From NCBI RefSeq assembly GCF_009914755.1, contig NC_060932.1: DNA of 64,000 nucleotides. One strand, given 5' to 3'. Positions 14,114-28,570 of this stretch are shown piece by piece. This stretch comes from the human T2T-CHM13v2.0 reference genome, Homo sapiens. How positions within the stretch are numbered: the first letter of the stretch is position 1; every line of letters begins with the position of its first letter. The translations under genes and the position numbers were made by a program. A model generated the notes under the pieces. The model was not told the origin of the DNA. It searched no databases and was given only the letters and a program-made list of their open reading frames with translations.

Positions 14114-14952
14114 CACTCAAGATCGGTCACTAGCAATTTCATTTATATAAAATTTGTCATTCATATAAAACTTCCCTTAGCCTAAAATGTAGCATTGTAT
14201 TTTTACTCCTTACACAGAGTGGAAATTAAGTTATTATATCTCCTTCATCCCATTGTAATATAAATAATATTGATGAAATAATATTTATGATAATAACAAC
14301 CCTTGTATAACACAATTTTCATCCCATTCATTGTTCTTTGGAACTCAGTTCAGAAGCAATCCTAGTCATTGTACCAAGATAAAAGTTGGGCACATGGAAT
14401 TTGCTGGGAGGGTTAGACAAGTGTGTCTGTCTGTCTCCTCTACTCTCCCCAGCACAAGCTGATGAAGCTGGGGAAGAAATGTTTAATGCTCTTCTGCAGA
14501 AGCAATTCGGAATCAACATTTTTAACTAATAAGATGTGAGTTTCTAGCTCAAACTCAATTCAGAAATTCCTGCTGCCAAAAAGAGATGAAAATGACTCCC
14601 CGTGGCAGATTGAGGATGAAGAAAAGGGATGGACAGAGAGCAACATGAACTAGCTCCACGCGAACTATCATAGCTCCAAGTCATGTCAGTTGGTCCCCGA
14701 GTTAACAGTGCACACCAGACTCACCTCACAGCCCATTATGCCTCCTCTCAGTGGGTTACATGGAGTTACACCACATGGATGTGCAGAAATGTGCAGAGAA
14801 AGACCTAGCAGAGTGATAGAAAAGCCCAGGCCTTGTCTAAAATCCAGAAGTTCCCAGTGGATTTTAGGGCAAATTTTACATTAACAATAAACAAACAGAA
14901 ATTTAATATAAAGAATACAGTTATCTATGACTGTCCAATTCACAAATTGCAG

Positions 14953-14955
14953 TAT

Positions 14956-15002
<47 letters not shown>

Positions 15003-15288
15003 TTTTGAGAAGGAGTCTTGCTCTTGTCGCCCAGGCTGGAGTGCAGTGGTGAGATCTTAGCTCACTGCAACCTCCACCTCCGAGTTCAAGCGATTCTCCT
15101 GCCTTAGCCCCCTGAGTAGCTGGGATTGCAGGCGCCCACCACCATGTCGGGCTAATGTTTGTACTTTTAGTAGAGACAGGGTTTCACCATGTTGGCCAGG
15201 CTGGTCTGGAACACCTGATCTCAGGTGATCCGCCCACCTAGGCCTCCCAAAGTGCTGAGATTACAGGCATGAGCCACCGCGCCCAGCC
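14953..15288 (-). mobile_element. AluS (Sq-like) SINE with (TTTA)n tail
   Basis: Antisense Alu with gctcttgtcgcccaggctgg. The tail has become a tetranucleotide repeat at 14953-15006. Confidence 0.95.
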
Positions 15289-16408
15289 CACAATTTAAGA
15301 TATTAAATAGTGTGCGCAGTACAGATGGTGCAGTCCAGTGTAAGTTGTAAGATAAATGTGATCCTTTTGAAATACTATGTGTAGCTGAGACTGAATGCAA
15401 AATGTCGTTAAGACATAAAATCAAGTCTGAACTTGAGCCCCTTCCTGAGGATACCCAGGCCACATAGCTCATCCAGTGAGGTGGGGCCTCCTGGTAATCC
15501 CTGGGTTGAACACAGTCTCCAGATTTGTTGTGAGTAGATGCTTGGCTATCATAGCTAAGAATCTCATGCTCAGAGAGCAAAACAAATGAGCTGAAACATT
15601 CAGAGAGTGCCGTCTTACCAGACTGATTTCTGTTTGCGTGTGGTACTTGTTTGTCTCAAATCCGAGAAATATTCTTTCTGGGAGAAAGCCTGTCTTCCTG
15701 AGAAAAAGATCAACCAGATCTGTACCTGGGCCAAAAGCATTCCTATTGAAGGTAAGGATGCAATTAAGTCACTGGAATGGCACAAGCCTGCCACCGCAGA
15801 AAGAAAGGCAAACAGGTTCCTGTCTCCCTGAGCTACCATGAAGGGCAGGAGGGAGAAGCTGATTCCTAAAAGCTGGGCTGTTATTTTATTGGGAAACATG
15901 CACTCCTGTGCACTCCTGCCCTGCAGCCCATTTTTGGCATCAGAGTGAGGGCAGACTCTACTCCCTGTAGCCAGGCCGTCAGTCACTCCAATCAGCCCTG
16001 CTCCAGCTCCCCGCCACAACCCCTCCCTCAGGCGATGCCCTTTGCGACCGCCCCCCATCCAGCATTTCAGGACGGTGCTGGGACACTGTCGGGACACTGC
16101 CGCACTGCCCGGCCTTGGAGTCAGGGGAAGAATCAAGGAGATTTTTCCACACCTCTCCCTGTTGCTCTAAAACAAGTCGTCTTCATCATTTCATTTGACA
16201 GCCCTGTCATTGTAGAAATTGGAAATACATTTTCCAGGCTTGAGACAAGCATCTGGAGGACACCCTCCATCTTGCCCGATTCCCAGTCATGTTCCCAGCT
16301 GAGGAAGGCTCCTGAATTTTCTCGAATCTCCAGTGCACTTCCTGCCTCCCAGCTGCCAGAGCTTGAGGCCATCTTCCGCTGTTGATTGCTGGCCCAGTAT
16401 TAACCTGC

Positions 16409-16830
16409 TGTGGTGGTTAATTTTAGGGATCAACTTGGCTAGGTCACAGCACCCATGGAACTCAGCTTTTGGCCAAAAACCAGTCTAGATTTTGCTCTGA
16501 AGGTATTTTTTACAATATTATTAATATTTAAATCAGTGGGCTTTGAGTAAAGCAGATCACGCTCCACAACGTAGTTGGGCCTCATCCAGTCAGTTGAAGG
16601 CCTTAAGAGGAAAGCCCCAGGTCCGCTGAGGAAGAGGGAAGCTGTCCTCAGACTGCCTTGGACTTGATCTGCAACATCAGCTCTTTCCTGGGTCCCCAGC
16701 CTGCCGGCTGCCCTGAAGATATCAGAGCAGCCAGCCCCCACAATTGTGTGAGCCAATTCCTTAAAATCTCCCTCTCCTTATACACACGCACATCGCCTGC
16801 TCCCTGGTGTGCAGCTGTTGGTCTGGCAAA
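16409..16830 (+). mobile_element. ERVL LTR, MLT2D-like
   Basis: tgtggtggttaatttt..tcaacttggctagg start, tgggcctcatccagtcagttgaaggccttaag and cacaattgtgtgagccaattccttaaaat. Confidence 0.85.
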
Positions 16831-17249
16831 ATCTGTAGGGAGACCACAGTGTGAGGAAAGCCAGAAAGGAAGGGCATTCCCTGTGGGAAACTTGTCTGCA
16901 GTTAGTGTGGGGCAGGTGGCAGTGGGGTGATTTTTTCTTTCTTTTCTTTTTTTTTTTTTTGTACATGTTTGATACTTATCTACAGATCTCCAACAATGGC
17001 TAAAGCAGCACTTATACATAAAAAGGAATACTATAAAGGCTTCAAAGAAGACACTCAAACAACTTTGTAAAAGTTCTTCTATCTAGCGTCTTCACTTTGC
17101 TCCTCAATGAAATTCCCATCCCACATCTACACTATTTTCCAGAAATCAGTTTAATTCCCTCTCAAGCTCATGAATTAGACCAAGGAGAGCTGAGACTTGC
17201 TCTGCTAAAGTGCTTGTTCACAAAGTCCCTGGGATCAGAAAATCAATTA

Positions 17250-17872
17250 TAATTGGCCTTCCTTATTTTCGGGTCTGCAGATTCAATGGACTGCAGATCA
17301 AAAATATTTGGAAGAAGCAACAAAAAATAAAAATATGGCCGGGCATGGTGGCTCATACCTATAATCCCAGCACTTTGGGAGGCTGAGGCAGGCAGATCAC
17401 AAGGTCAAGAGTTCGAGACCAGCCTGGCCAATATGGTGAAACCCAGTCTCTACTGAAAATACAAAAATTAGCCGGGCATGGTGGCAGGCCCCTGTAGTCC
17501 CAGCTACTTGGGAGGCTGAGGCAGGAGAATCTCTTGAACCCAGGAGGTGGAGTGAGCTGAGATTGTGCCACTGCACTCTAGCCTGGGTGAAAGAGTGAGA
17601 CTCCATCTCAAAAAATAAAATAAATAAAAAATAATTTTAAAATACAACAATAAAAATACACATTTTAAAAAATAAAGAATCATAACTATTTGCACAGCAC
17701 TTACCTTGTATTAGTTATAAGCAATCTAGAGATTATTGAAAGTATGGGGGAGAATGTACATAGTTTATAAGCAAATACTACACCATTTTCCATCAGAAAT
17801 TTGAACAGCTACGGATTTTGATATCCTGGGGGTTCCAGGGACCAATCCCCCTCAGATACCAAAAAAACAGTG
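17250..17872 (-). mobile_element. MER2/MER2B Tigger fossil interrupted by an Alu
   Basis: aatctagagattatt..aaatactacaccatttt..ggattttgatatcc..accaatccccctcagatacc, with TA flanks. Confidence 0.8.
17337..17634 (+). mobile_element. AluS (Sg-like) SINE
   Basis: Full dimer with gatcacaaggtcaagagttcgagaccagcc and a small deletion in the right arm. Confidence 0.95.
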
Positions 17873-18875
17873 TACTTTATGAGTCTTACTGTTGAGCGCT
17901 GTCAGGCACTCATGGGAAGTTAAAATAGGTCAGCAGCAAGGGAGCACACATATGTATAAACATAAAAACTAAGGGGTGCACATTTCATCAACATCCCAGT
18001 TTTTATAAACATCCAGTACTACTTTTATAAACTTGAAAGACTTGATCTTTTTTAAATGAATCTGGCTTGCCAATGAATTGGCCCAGCCTTTGGCTTTACC
18101 TAAGAGAAAGCCAAAAGGGAAGTGGAGAGAACAGGAAGGCACTCACATACTCATCCCAGCTGAAGCTCCACACACCGTTTCAAGGCAGGTGTTAACATGA
18201 TGATTTTAGAACTGAAGAAGTTAAGACCCAGAACATCAGATTCCCCTCAAAGCAAAGCCAGTGGACCCGGGAAATGGCCCTCAAGTGTATCTGCTGACAC
18301 AGCAGGCACTGCCTCCATTGCCCTGCCTGCGCTTAAATGTGTTGTGAGGAAGCTGAGACCCCAGTGATGGACCAGCAGGCCCACCATTGGCTGACTACCA
18401 AGGGCCCGAGGCTGCACCGGAAAACCCATCTCCTGATTTCCTTGTTAGTACAATTTCCCCCTCATTATCCTAAACCAAGTTCCCACTTTTCTCAGGCAGG
18501 GCAATTAGTGTTCCACGTTAAATCCCTTCTTTTTCAGGGATTATGTGGTTACAGCTTACAAACACCCTTTATTTCCTCTAATGAACTGACATTGACCGAG
18601 TTAATGGAAGGTGTTAACCAGTTCAAGGCAAGTCAGCGTTGACAGGGGTATGCGGCCACCTTCTCCAGATCATTAAAAGCATCTGAAAGTAAGGAGAACA
18701 TTGCGGTTTTGACGGTGGTATCCCTGTATGTGGGAACCCAGAGTAAACTGAGAAAACCTGGATAGAAAGTCCCTTCCAGATTTCTTCATCTGCTACATAC
18801 CTGGTTCTACCAGCAGGTGTCACTAAAAGGTAGCCCTCTCTTACAGGTCAGAGAGCTGATCAAGAGAGATGAGGG

Positions 18876-19439
<564 letters not shown>

Positions 19440-21129
19440 TTAAAAGTAATAAGATTTAACTTTTCAAATGAATTAACATAATTCACAGTTTTAGGATCAT
19501 TGTTATATTATGCAATGATTTCCACTGTTTCTGTGCCCCACACTCCATGTTAAATGTGGCTCCTCCAAATGCCCGTGTGCCTGGGAAGACAGACTGGCAT
19601 TACTGGATCTCACTAGACAATACCAGCCCATTTGCACGTGAGCCAATAAACACAGCATGAAGACAGAAAATGATGGTATCGCTGAGATCAGACTTGGCTG
19701 TATTTTTATCTGGCATTATATTTACCTTGATAGTCCTTCCTGTCTCCTACTGCTCAGCTGCTGCTTGACTCTGGGGGAGTCAGACACATCCTCCCAGCCT
19801 GGTTCTTGACCATTTATATAGTGACCTGGGACTTGGCAGGAGTGAGATGCGCTCCCAGGTGCCCTGCGGTCCCACTGTGGATGAAGCTGAGCCTGTCTGC
19901 ATGGCTGTCACCCATCTCCACACCCTGGCCTCCCCCAGCCCTCCCAGGCACACTGAACCTGCTCATCACAGCCTGGTCATACTGTTTTCCAGCTCTATGC
20001 AGGTGCACATGTGGTTCCTCTTCCTGGAATGCCCTTGCCTTTCTTCTCTCCTTCCTACATCCATGGTGAAGTCGAGGGCACCACATCTCCTGGGAGCACC
20101 CGCACAGGAGGTCAGGAGACGCACAGATGGTGGCAGCTGCCCTGCCAGCTGCACCATCTGCTCGGGTGCCTCTTGCTGCCAATGCCAGGACTGGCTGCCA
20201 CACTGGAATGTGGATTTCAAATTTACCCTTCCTTTCCTTAGAGAGACATTCCCTGACAACTGTGCTCTGGGAACCCCTGTGCTCCCCTAAGGCCTTTGCA
20301 ATGGAGGCAGTTAGCGCAGTGGTTGGGAGTCCAGGCTTCAGCCAGGAAAGCGAACCCGCGGTGGGTCTCCCTGGACACCCCTGAGCCTGGCAGCTTGGAC
20401 AGGCCCACACTCTCAGGACTCCTCATTATAAAATAAGCATAATGATGCTCAGTACTAAATGTGAGGATTTATCTAGAGCATTTAGAATAGTGGCTAATAA
20501 GTGCTTGTAGTCATGACATGACCAATATCAATACAGATATTGCTTTTATAACATTTTAAACACCATGTTGTCATTGTCTCCTAACAGTGTCTCTGTTCCC
20601 ACCCAACACAGGCAAACTGCGAGCTCTTGAAGAGCAGGGAAATGTCTAACTATCTTCCTTATATGCAAAATAAAGCATAAATACTGACACAGAGTATTGG
20701 ACCAAAATAATAGCAATAATAATATTGCTAGTGAATGAATCACTTATGGCTCATAATTGGCGAAATTCAAAGTATTCTTTCCTTCCAATCCAAAATCAAT
20801 TAAGGAAAAGAAAAATCCAGTTAACAGAATGTACATTCCTCTACAAGGATAGCCAAGCTGGTCACTGTCACTTGCAGTTCTGTGCAGATCTGCCTGAGTG
20901 TTGGGAAATGTGTACTGTACACCACAAAAATCAGATCTCCATACACCAACCATTTCATTCCTGTGATGATGTGAGGAAGCTGACAGAGACAGTGTATTCT
21001 GCAATAGTCTGGAACTGTCAACTATGCGATGTTCTTTTGGGAAACTATATTTTTCTGTCAAAATTTTAGTGACTTATTTAACATTTTTGCTTTATCTCTT
21101 ACACCGATATTTGGATACCAATGATAACA

Positions 21130-22425
21130 ACTGAAAAAATATTTAGCAATTTTGTTGCATTTCTTCTTCAACCCACTGCAAGCTAACCTCCTCCTTTACC
21201 ACTTCGTTCAAATCATCCTGGCCTACGTCACCTCTGAACTCTTGATGCATAGTCAGTGAACTGGAGTCATCATTTTACTTGATCTTTCGGTGGCATTTGA
21301 TCATGTTAGCTCCCTTCCTTTTTAAGCTATCCTTGATCTTCCCCTTTCTCTTTGAACAGTCTGTCTCAGACTCTTTTTCCAGACCATGTTCTTCTGCCTG
21401 CCTCTGTATGAGCCCTCTTCCCTCTTCCCTTGACCTTCCTTTAGCAATTCCATCCACTGTTTGGTTTCCATGCAGCTATATATAAGTAAGTAAGCAGAAA
21501 GTATATGCATGAGGAAGCATAAGTGTGTGTCTATACTTAGGGAGATACATATACATATATACATGCATATATCCATATACATACACATAAACCAAATCTT
21601 TCCCTTTCTCTTAGATATTGACTATGCCCTTCATACTTGATATTCATCTACCCATTTGACCTCTCTAATAAATGGGCGTACCAAAGATACCTGTCAACTT
21701 TACCCAAAGTCTTAAAAAATGCTTCTCTTCTCACTATTTTTCTATTCTCAGCCCAGACACAAAATCAGAGTCCTAGGAGCCACCCATTCTTTCTGACCCT
21801 ACACATCCATGCAGCTACCAAGTCCTCTGCACCTCCCAAGTCCCATGCCTGCATAATCACTGTCCTGATGGGCCATTCTCCTGCACTCTATATGCCCCTC
21901 TTGCATGCAGCTGTGGGGGATTTTTGTAGGAAAGCAAACTATGTTGGTTTTTCTGTCAATTTATTTTAATTCTCCCAGTTTAAAATCCTTCCAGGCATGG
22001 CTGTCCATCACCAGCAGAGGCTAACCATAGCTGCCTGTGTGTTCTGAGACCCACCCCGATTTTCTGTTTCCCTCCCTTAGGCTTGCCTCTGACACCCTGT
22101 GCATGAGCCCAGCCCAGTGCTTCCCACCCTAGCACACTGCAGGACATGTCATACTCATCATCATCCCACCCAATTTCTTTCTAGAATTCCTTCTCACCAT
22201 CCAATCCTAGAAAATACCCATCTGTCTTCAAAAATTCTGCTCAATCATGATCTCTTCCGTAAAGCCTTGAATCTGATAAGAAAGCCTGAATATGCCCCGG
22301 GTGTGATAGCCCCTCCCTTGGCTACTATTCTGTAAGTGCCCCGACAGCCCACAGCTTCTGTGCCGCACAGAGCATGGCCCCAAGTCACTGTGTTCATTCA
22401 ACAAAAAGATGAATTAATGAATGTT
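21130..22425 (+). mobile_element. L2 LINE fragments
   Basis: Pyrimidine-rich sense-L2 text (ctcagcccagacacaaaatcagagtc..; tttaaaatccttccaggc; catctgtcttcaaaattctgctcaa) ending in gaattaatgaatg. Confidence 0.55.
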
Positions 22426-23272
22426 TTACACTCCTTGCAGTTCCAACAAAATCTACCTTTTCCAAAAACAGTGTGCTTTTCTTTCTCAACCCTCCATGTT
22501 AGCTTTACACGTGATGTAAACTACTAACTTTACACGTGGTGAAAACTGCACAAAATGTATTTATCTACTACTTACGCAAAAATAGTTGCCCTCTTTTCTT
22601 CACCAATTTGATATTTTTCATGGCTGGTTTACTGCAACAGTATTTTTGTGCTGTAATTTTCCCTACAGTGAGATCAGTAATAACTTCTCATCCAAAGAGC
22701 TATGGATGCCAAATACATAAATATCTACAACCTCACTACACTATAGAACTAGATAGCAACCCAGAGAAATCAATGTGCCAAGAATGTGACCACAAGAGCT
22801 AAGGGCTATTCACAGCAGAACTGTTTGGAAGTACAGCTTCAGTTCTTCTTGCTAAAAACGCACAAGGAGGGGGTTGCTTTTTCTAAATCTGTTTGCACTA
22901 GAGGCATGCTTAGAATTAGCCTCTAGTATATGGTTACATCACATTTGCTCATTCCATGGCAAAAACCTTTTGTTTTAAAGGTCAGAAATGAGTTTTCACA
23001 AATCTGCTTCCATCTGCATTCCATGCCTGAAAATCATTCTGTGTGAAATGTCAGCTGACACTGAACTCGCCTGCAACATAGCTGAACACCGGGTGAGGAG
23101 GCACCGGACTCACAATTTCTGATGTCACAGGTGAGGAATTCTTGTACCAACACCAGAATTTACCACCAATGTAGCCACTTAAAAGAAGAGCCGACCAGCT
23201 GGGTATTTTGATGAATGTTATTCTTCCTCTTCCACAAGTTTTTACCATAATACAAGGCTTCCTTCTCGCTCT

Positions 23273-23275
<3 letters not shown>

Positions 23276-23303
<28 letters not shown>

Positions 23304-23584
23304 GAGACAGAGTCTCACTCTGTTGCCCAGGCTGCATGCAGTGGCGCTATCTCAGCTCACTGCATCCTCTGCTTCCTGGGTTCAAGCAATTCTCCTGCCT
23401 CAGCCTCCTGAGTAGCTGGAACTACAGGCGAGCACCACCACACCTGGCTAATTTCTATATTTTTAGTAGAGATGGTGTTTCACCATGCTGGCCAGGCTGG
23501 TCTCGAACCCCTGACCTCAAGTGATCCAGCTGCCTCGGCCTCCCAAAGTCCTGGGATTACAAGAGTGAGCCACCATGCCTGGCC
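23276..23584 (-). mobile_element. AluS SINE
   Basis: Poly(T) followed by an antisense Alu dimer. Degenerate TSD acaaggcttccttct / accaggcttatttct. Confidence 0.95.
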
Positions 23585-25015
23585 ACCAGGCTTATTTCTG
23601 ACAGGACCATGGTAATAAGACAAAAGGCTAAAAGGAGAAAAGCACTCTTACGAGAAGGATTTTGCTTAACCTATGGTTTCAGCAGGGTCTACAACATGTC
23701 TGTACAAATGTATATGACTGCTGGTGCTGTATTTCAGTTCAGAGGATCCAATCATAATTCATATCACAGAATATTCTCCATATCCCATTTACATACACAA
23801 TTCTGGCATCATTATCAATATTACTAAAAATTCCAATAGTATATTAAACAATATCATCTTCTTTTCAAAAAATTATTCTTCCTTTAGGTGACATGTGTGG
23901 TAAACACTTTAACATATTTTTGTCAATTATTCCAGAAATTTATAGAAATATTAGCTAGTCAGAAGGTCCATAAACTTTTAAATGTTCTTGCATATAATAA
24001 CTGATCAATAACCATTTGTTGACAAATGATAGATGGATGGATGGGTGGACAAGTGCATGGATGGATGGATGTAGGCTCTTTGGAGAAAATAAATATTAAT
24101 TAAAATAAGTATCATTAAAAATAACACAGTAGCTTGCATACTGAAGTCACTCAGATATTCTATGATAAATAAATCAATGAATTAATGAATAATAATGAAT
24201 GAATACATTAAAATGTCAACTTATTTTCTTTCAGGTGAACTAAAAACAATTATTTCAACATTATGCTGAAAGAAATTTTGTTAATCAAGTATTTTGATTC
24301 AGATTTTTTAAATGCGGAAACTTAATGTAGAAAGTTCACGGAATTAACTAGGATCAAAAAGAGAACTAGACTTTAAGTCTTCTGACTTTGATTAAAGTGA
24401 TATTCCATTAGAGCACATTATTTACTTCTAGTAACTAAAAAGAAAAAACTTCTGTTATGACCTACTTTCAGAATGTATTATAATGAGTGAAGGAATACTG
24501 TACAATTCATTGTAGTTTCTAGTCAGCAGTTTTATTGTGTGACTGGAATGATGGAATAATTATAATTGCTTACTTAGGTTTTGGAAACATTTCCAACCTC
24601 CCAGCCAATTTGTAATTTAAAGCATCCTTTAGTCTCTTAAGAGATGGTTGGTTGGTCAGACTTTGGAGGGGTAATTTCAGGGTTTCATATGGGCTGTAGA
24701 TTGGCAGGAATTTACCACATATATGGGCATACACATACACACAACACACACTCCAAAAGTTAGATGGAATTCCTGATTTAATTAGCCAAGGATTAGAAAA
24801 TGACTATCAAAAGCAAAATGTCCATGCTGGGCAGAATTAAATTTAGCTGAGCTTCCCTGACCGCTGGAATCCAAAACAAAGACACGCTAATCTAATGGAT
24901 GGGATTTCTTAACCATTTATAAAATTGTACTTTTTCACACACATTTAAAAAAATAACTCCATGAATACCTTAAGAATATAAATATACTCCATCTTTTCAT
25001 ATGTTCACTAATTCA

Positions 25016-25364
<349 letters not shown>

Positions 25365-25406
25365 AAGATTTCTTGCTTCAGTTGGAAGAATTACATGAAG
25401 AGAATA

Positions 25407-25753
25407 CAATCATGCCTGACTTAATGATGGGGATACGTTCATAGAAATATGTTGTTCGATGATTTTGTCCTTGCGCAAAGATCATAGAGTGCATTTACAC
25501 AAACCTACACATGGTAGAGCCTACTACACACACAAACTATATAGTGTATAGGGTGTACCCTATTGTTCCTAGGCTACACACGTGTACAGCATATTATTGT
25601 ACTGAATATTGTAGGCAATTGTAATACAATGGTAACTATTTGTGTATCTAAACATAGATAAGGTATAATAAAAATATGATATTATAATCTTATGGGACCA
25701 CCATCATATGTGGCTCATCATTAACCATAACATCATTATGTGGCACATGACTG
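25407..25753. mobile_element. Tigger3a/MER7A DNA transposon fossil
   Basis: Terminal inverted repeats caatcatg..catgactg, TA on both flanks, and internal ctattgttcctaggctaca and ataatcttatgggaccaccatc. Confidence 0.88.
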
Positions 25754-26209
25754 TATCTCCAATTTTTTATTTATCATTTTTAAATTTTTCATTGCTGATA
25801 AAATGTGATGCAGTAGAAAGATCACTAGATTTTACTATGAGATTTGTTAACCCACTGCATGACACTGGCAACTCTCTTTAACATCTAGAAACTAATGTGT
25901 CCCCCAGTGAGGAAAACAGGAACTGTATTTGGCTCTGTACTAAGTGGCACTCCTGGCAAATTTAACAATTATGTATAAAATTATAAAATCACCATTAGTC
26001 TGTATTAGCTTAATAATTCTTACCGATATCTTTTCATTGCCATGCATAAAGAAGAATGCCATGACTCAATATTCTATTGAGACATCTTAAGAAACTTCAA
26101 AATGAAACAAGACTAAGAAAAATAAGACTTTAAACCAAGTATTGGGTTCAAAGAATATGCAAAATCTTTGTAAAGGTCATTTCTGTTAGCCAAGAAACAA
26201 TTGTTGTGT

Positions 26210-26305
26210 GACTTGACTTGAACTAGTATGAATTTTGCTGTATATTCTTATTTGGAAGACTTGACTCGAAATAGTATGAATTATGCTGTATATCCTTATT
26301 TGGAA
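26210..26305 (+). repeat. 48-bp tandem duplication (44/48 identical)
   Basis: gacttgacttgaactagtatgaattttgctgtatattcttatttggaa followed by gacttgactcgaaatagtatgaattatgctgtatatccttatttggaa. Confidence 0.93.
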
Positions 26306-27053
26306 GAGATCGACAGATAGAATTCCATTCAATTGTAATTGAAGCTGGTGACTAGAAAGAACCAATGTTTTCGTGGGTACACAAATACACATATTCATGC
26401 ACAGAGAAAAACAGCAGTTGTGCATGGTACTTGAAATTCATTTTCCCCAAACAAAAATTTTATAGTGTCCTCCTTTGGAATTAGAAGCTACAGTTCAACC
26501 TGGGAAGTTTTCTCCTTTTCTGATCTTCCAGAAATAACAGCAACAGAGACCTCTATAATTTTTCACTTTTTACAAAATCTATTTAAAAAAATAAAGGGTT
26601 GAGTTTTCTCCAGAGTAGAAAAAAATTAAACATTCTACCACCACCATCATTTTTCAAATAACCTACTAATTTTATTTTCAGAGTTTACTTACAGTAAACC
26701 GGAAGGAAAACCAGAAACTAAGTGGAACTGTTCTTCAGTAGCCCCAGGCCCCTGTCTCTCCAGACTGCTCCCCCAGGACTGTGGCCCCAGACCAGCTCCC
26801 AGCAGGCTCTGCCAAACACTTGATCACTTACAGACCTTCATACCACTCTCCTTTATCCCAAATTGCCCTGAACCTCCATCCTCACTGACTTCATCACGTG
26901 TCAGAACACTGCACACTCACTTTCTCTCCGTCTCCTCCCTATCTCACACTCACCAGTATATAGTAGTCATAAACATTTCAGAATTAGACAAATTTGAGTT
27001 ATTTGAAGAAGGTTGATAAGCGCATATTTTAAATAATGATTACCAAGAATTAG

Positions 27054-27391
<338 letters not shown>

Positions 27392-28209
27392 TCAAATCAT
27401 TCTTTAACAGAGTCTTGGAAACTGACTAATGCAGCAAACATAATAGAAGTGGCTTTAAGTAAATTATCTCACAAGGACCAGGTGGAAATGTTGTCAGAAG
27501 TTGGTCCATAGCTGCAGGATGAATGGATTAATTTCACATTAGAAGGAGGTTTCTACAAGACTGCTGGAATCCTATGGCTTCGTTTCTGCCTGGCTCAACA
27601 TGGTATTAATGAAAAGAAGAATAGTAGAGAAGGAAATGTCAAAATTACAAATAACCTGAAGCTCTTGGGGAAAGGTCATATGTTGCCTATTACAGTCATA
27701 CTCTAAGTGGTTGTTGGAATCATGGCACATTTTAAATATAAAAGAAATATAAAAGAATTAAATGTTCTTTCCAATACAAATAACATATAAGTCTAGGGTG
27801 AGGAGAAATAACTGTGGGACTTAATTTATATTATAAATTAGTGCCTTTAAGGACTACACACTAGGTATTCCCTGAGGTTCTATAAACTAAAAATAATTAG
27901 TTCTGTGGAAAGCTAGTATTAGCCAGTATTAGTCAATGAAAAGAACTAAGAAAATAGGATACTGTATTATCAGACTATAGAAGAAAATTCACCAATTTTA
28001 AGAAAATATATTCCTGATTTGCTGTGAAATTCTTTGGTTGTGGGTGAAAGTTACAAGAAAACAGGATTAAATTCAGGAGAAATAGATTCAGATGGTGCAA
28101 TGCAGATAAATCATATTAGAGGAGAAACGATTGAAAAAAATCTGAGGGGTGTTAAATTTTGAAAACACTTGGGAAATACGCACACACATTCTTCAAATAT
28201 TAGAAAGTA

Positions 28210-28570
28210 TAGAAATTCCAAGTTTTACACATGTATGTTTAACTGAACTAAGTGACCAACAAACAGAGAATGATAAATTATGGTACATCAATATTTAATG
28301 ATGTGGGGAAATGTTCACAACATAAAATGTAGTTCTGAAAATAGCGTATCAAGCCAGAGTTCAATTACAATTTTGCAGCTGAATGTGTTTATAAGCACAT
28401 ATAGGAAAACCTATAAGAAAAGATACTAAATGATAATAGTGACTCTTGCTGCAGGGTAGAAATATAGGTGAATTTCATTTTCTTTTTTACTCTGTTACAT
28501 TTTCCAAACTTTACACAATGAACAAATGCTTCTTTTATAAGTTCAAACAACATGAGTTACAATAAAAAAT
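28210..28570 (+). mobile_element. Old L1ME 3' UTR fragment
   Basis: gataaattatggtacatc..ggaaatgttcacaacata..tttccaaactttacacaatgaaca. Confidence 0.55.

Noticed and set aside
15607-16385. ORFs of 146-173 aa on both strands
   Set aside because: No recognisable domain or coherent splice structure. Kept only as a regulatory candidate.
19806-20426. Cluster of overlapping ORFs (up to 198 aa) in a GC-richer patch
   Set aside because: No recognisable protein similarity, open on both strands because of GC content, and partly overlapping L2/MIR-like sequence.
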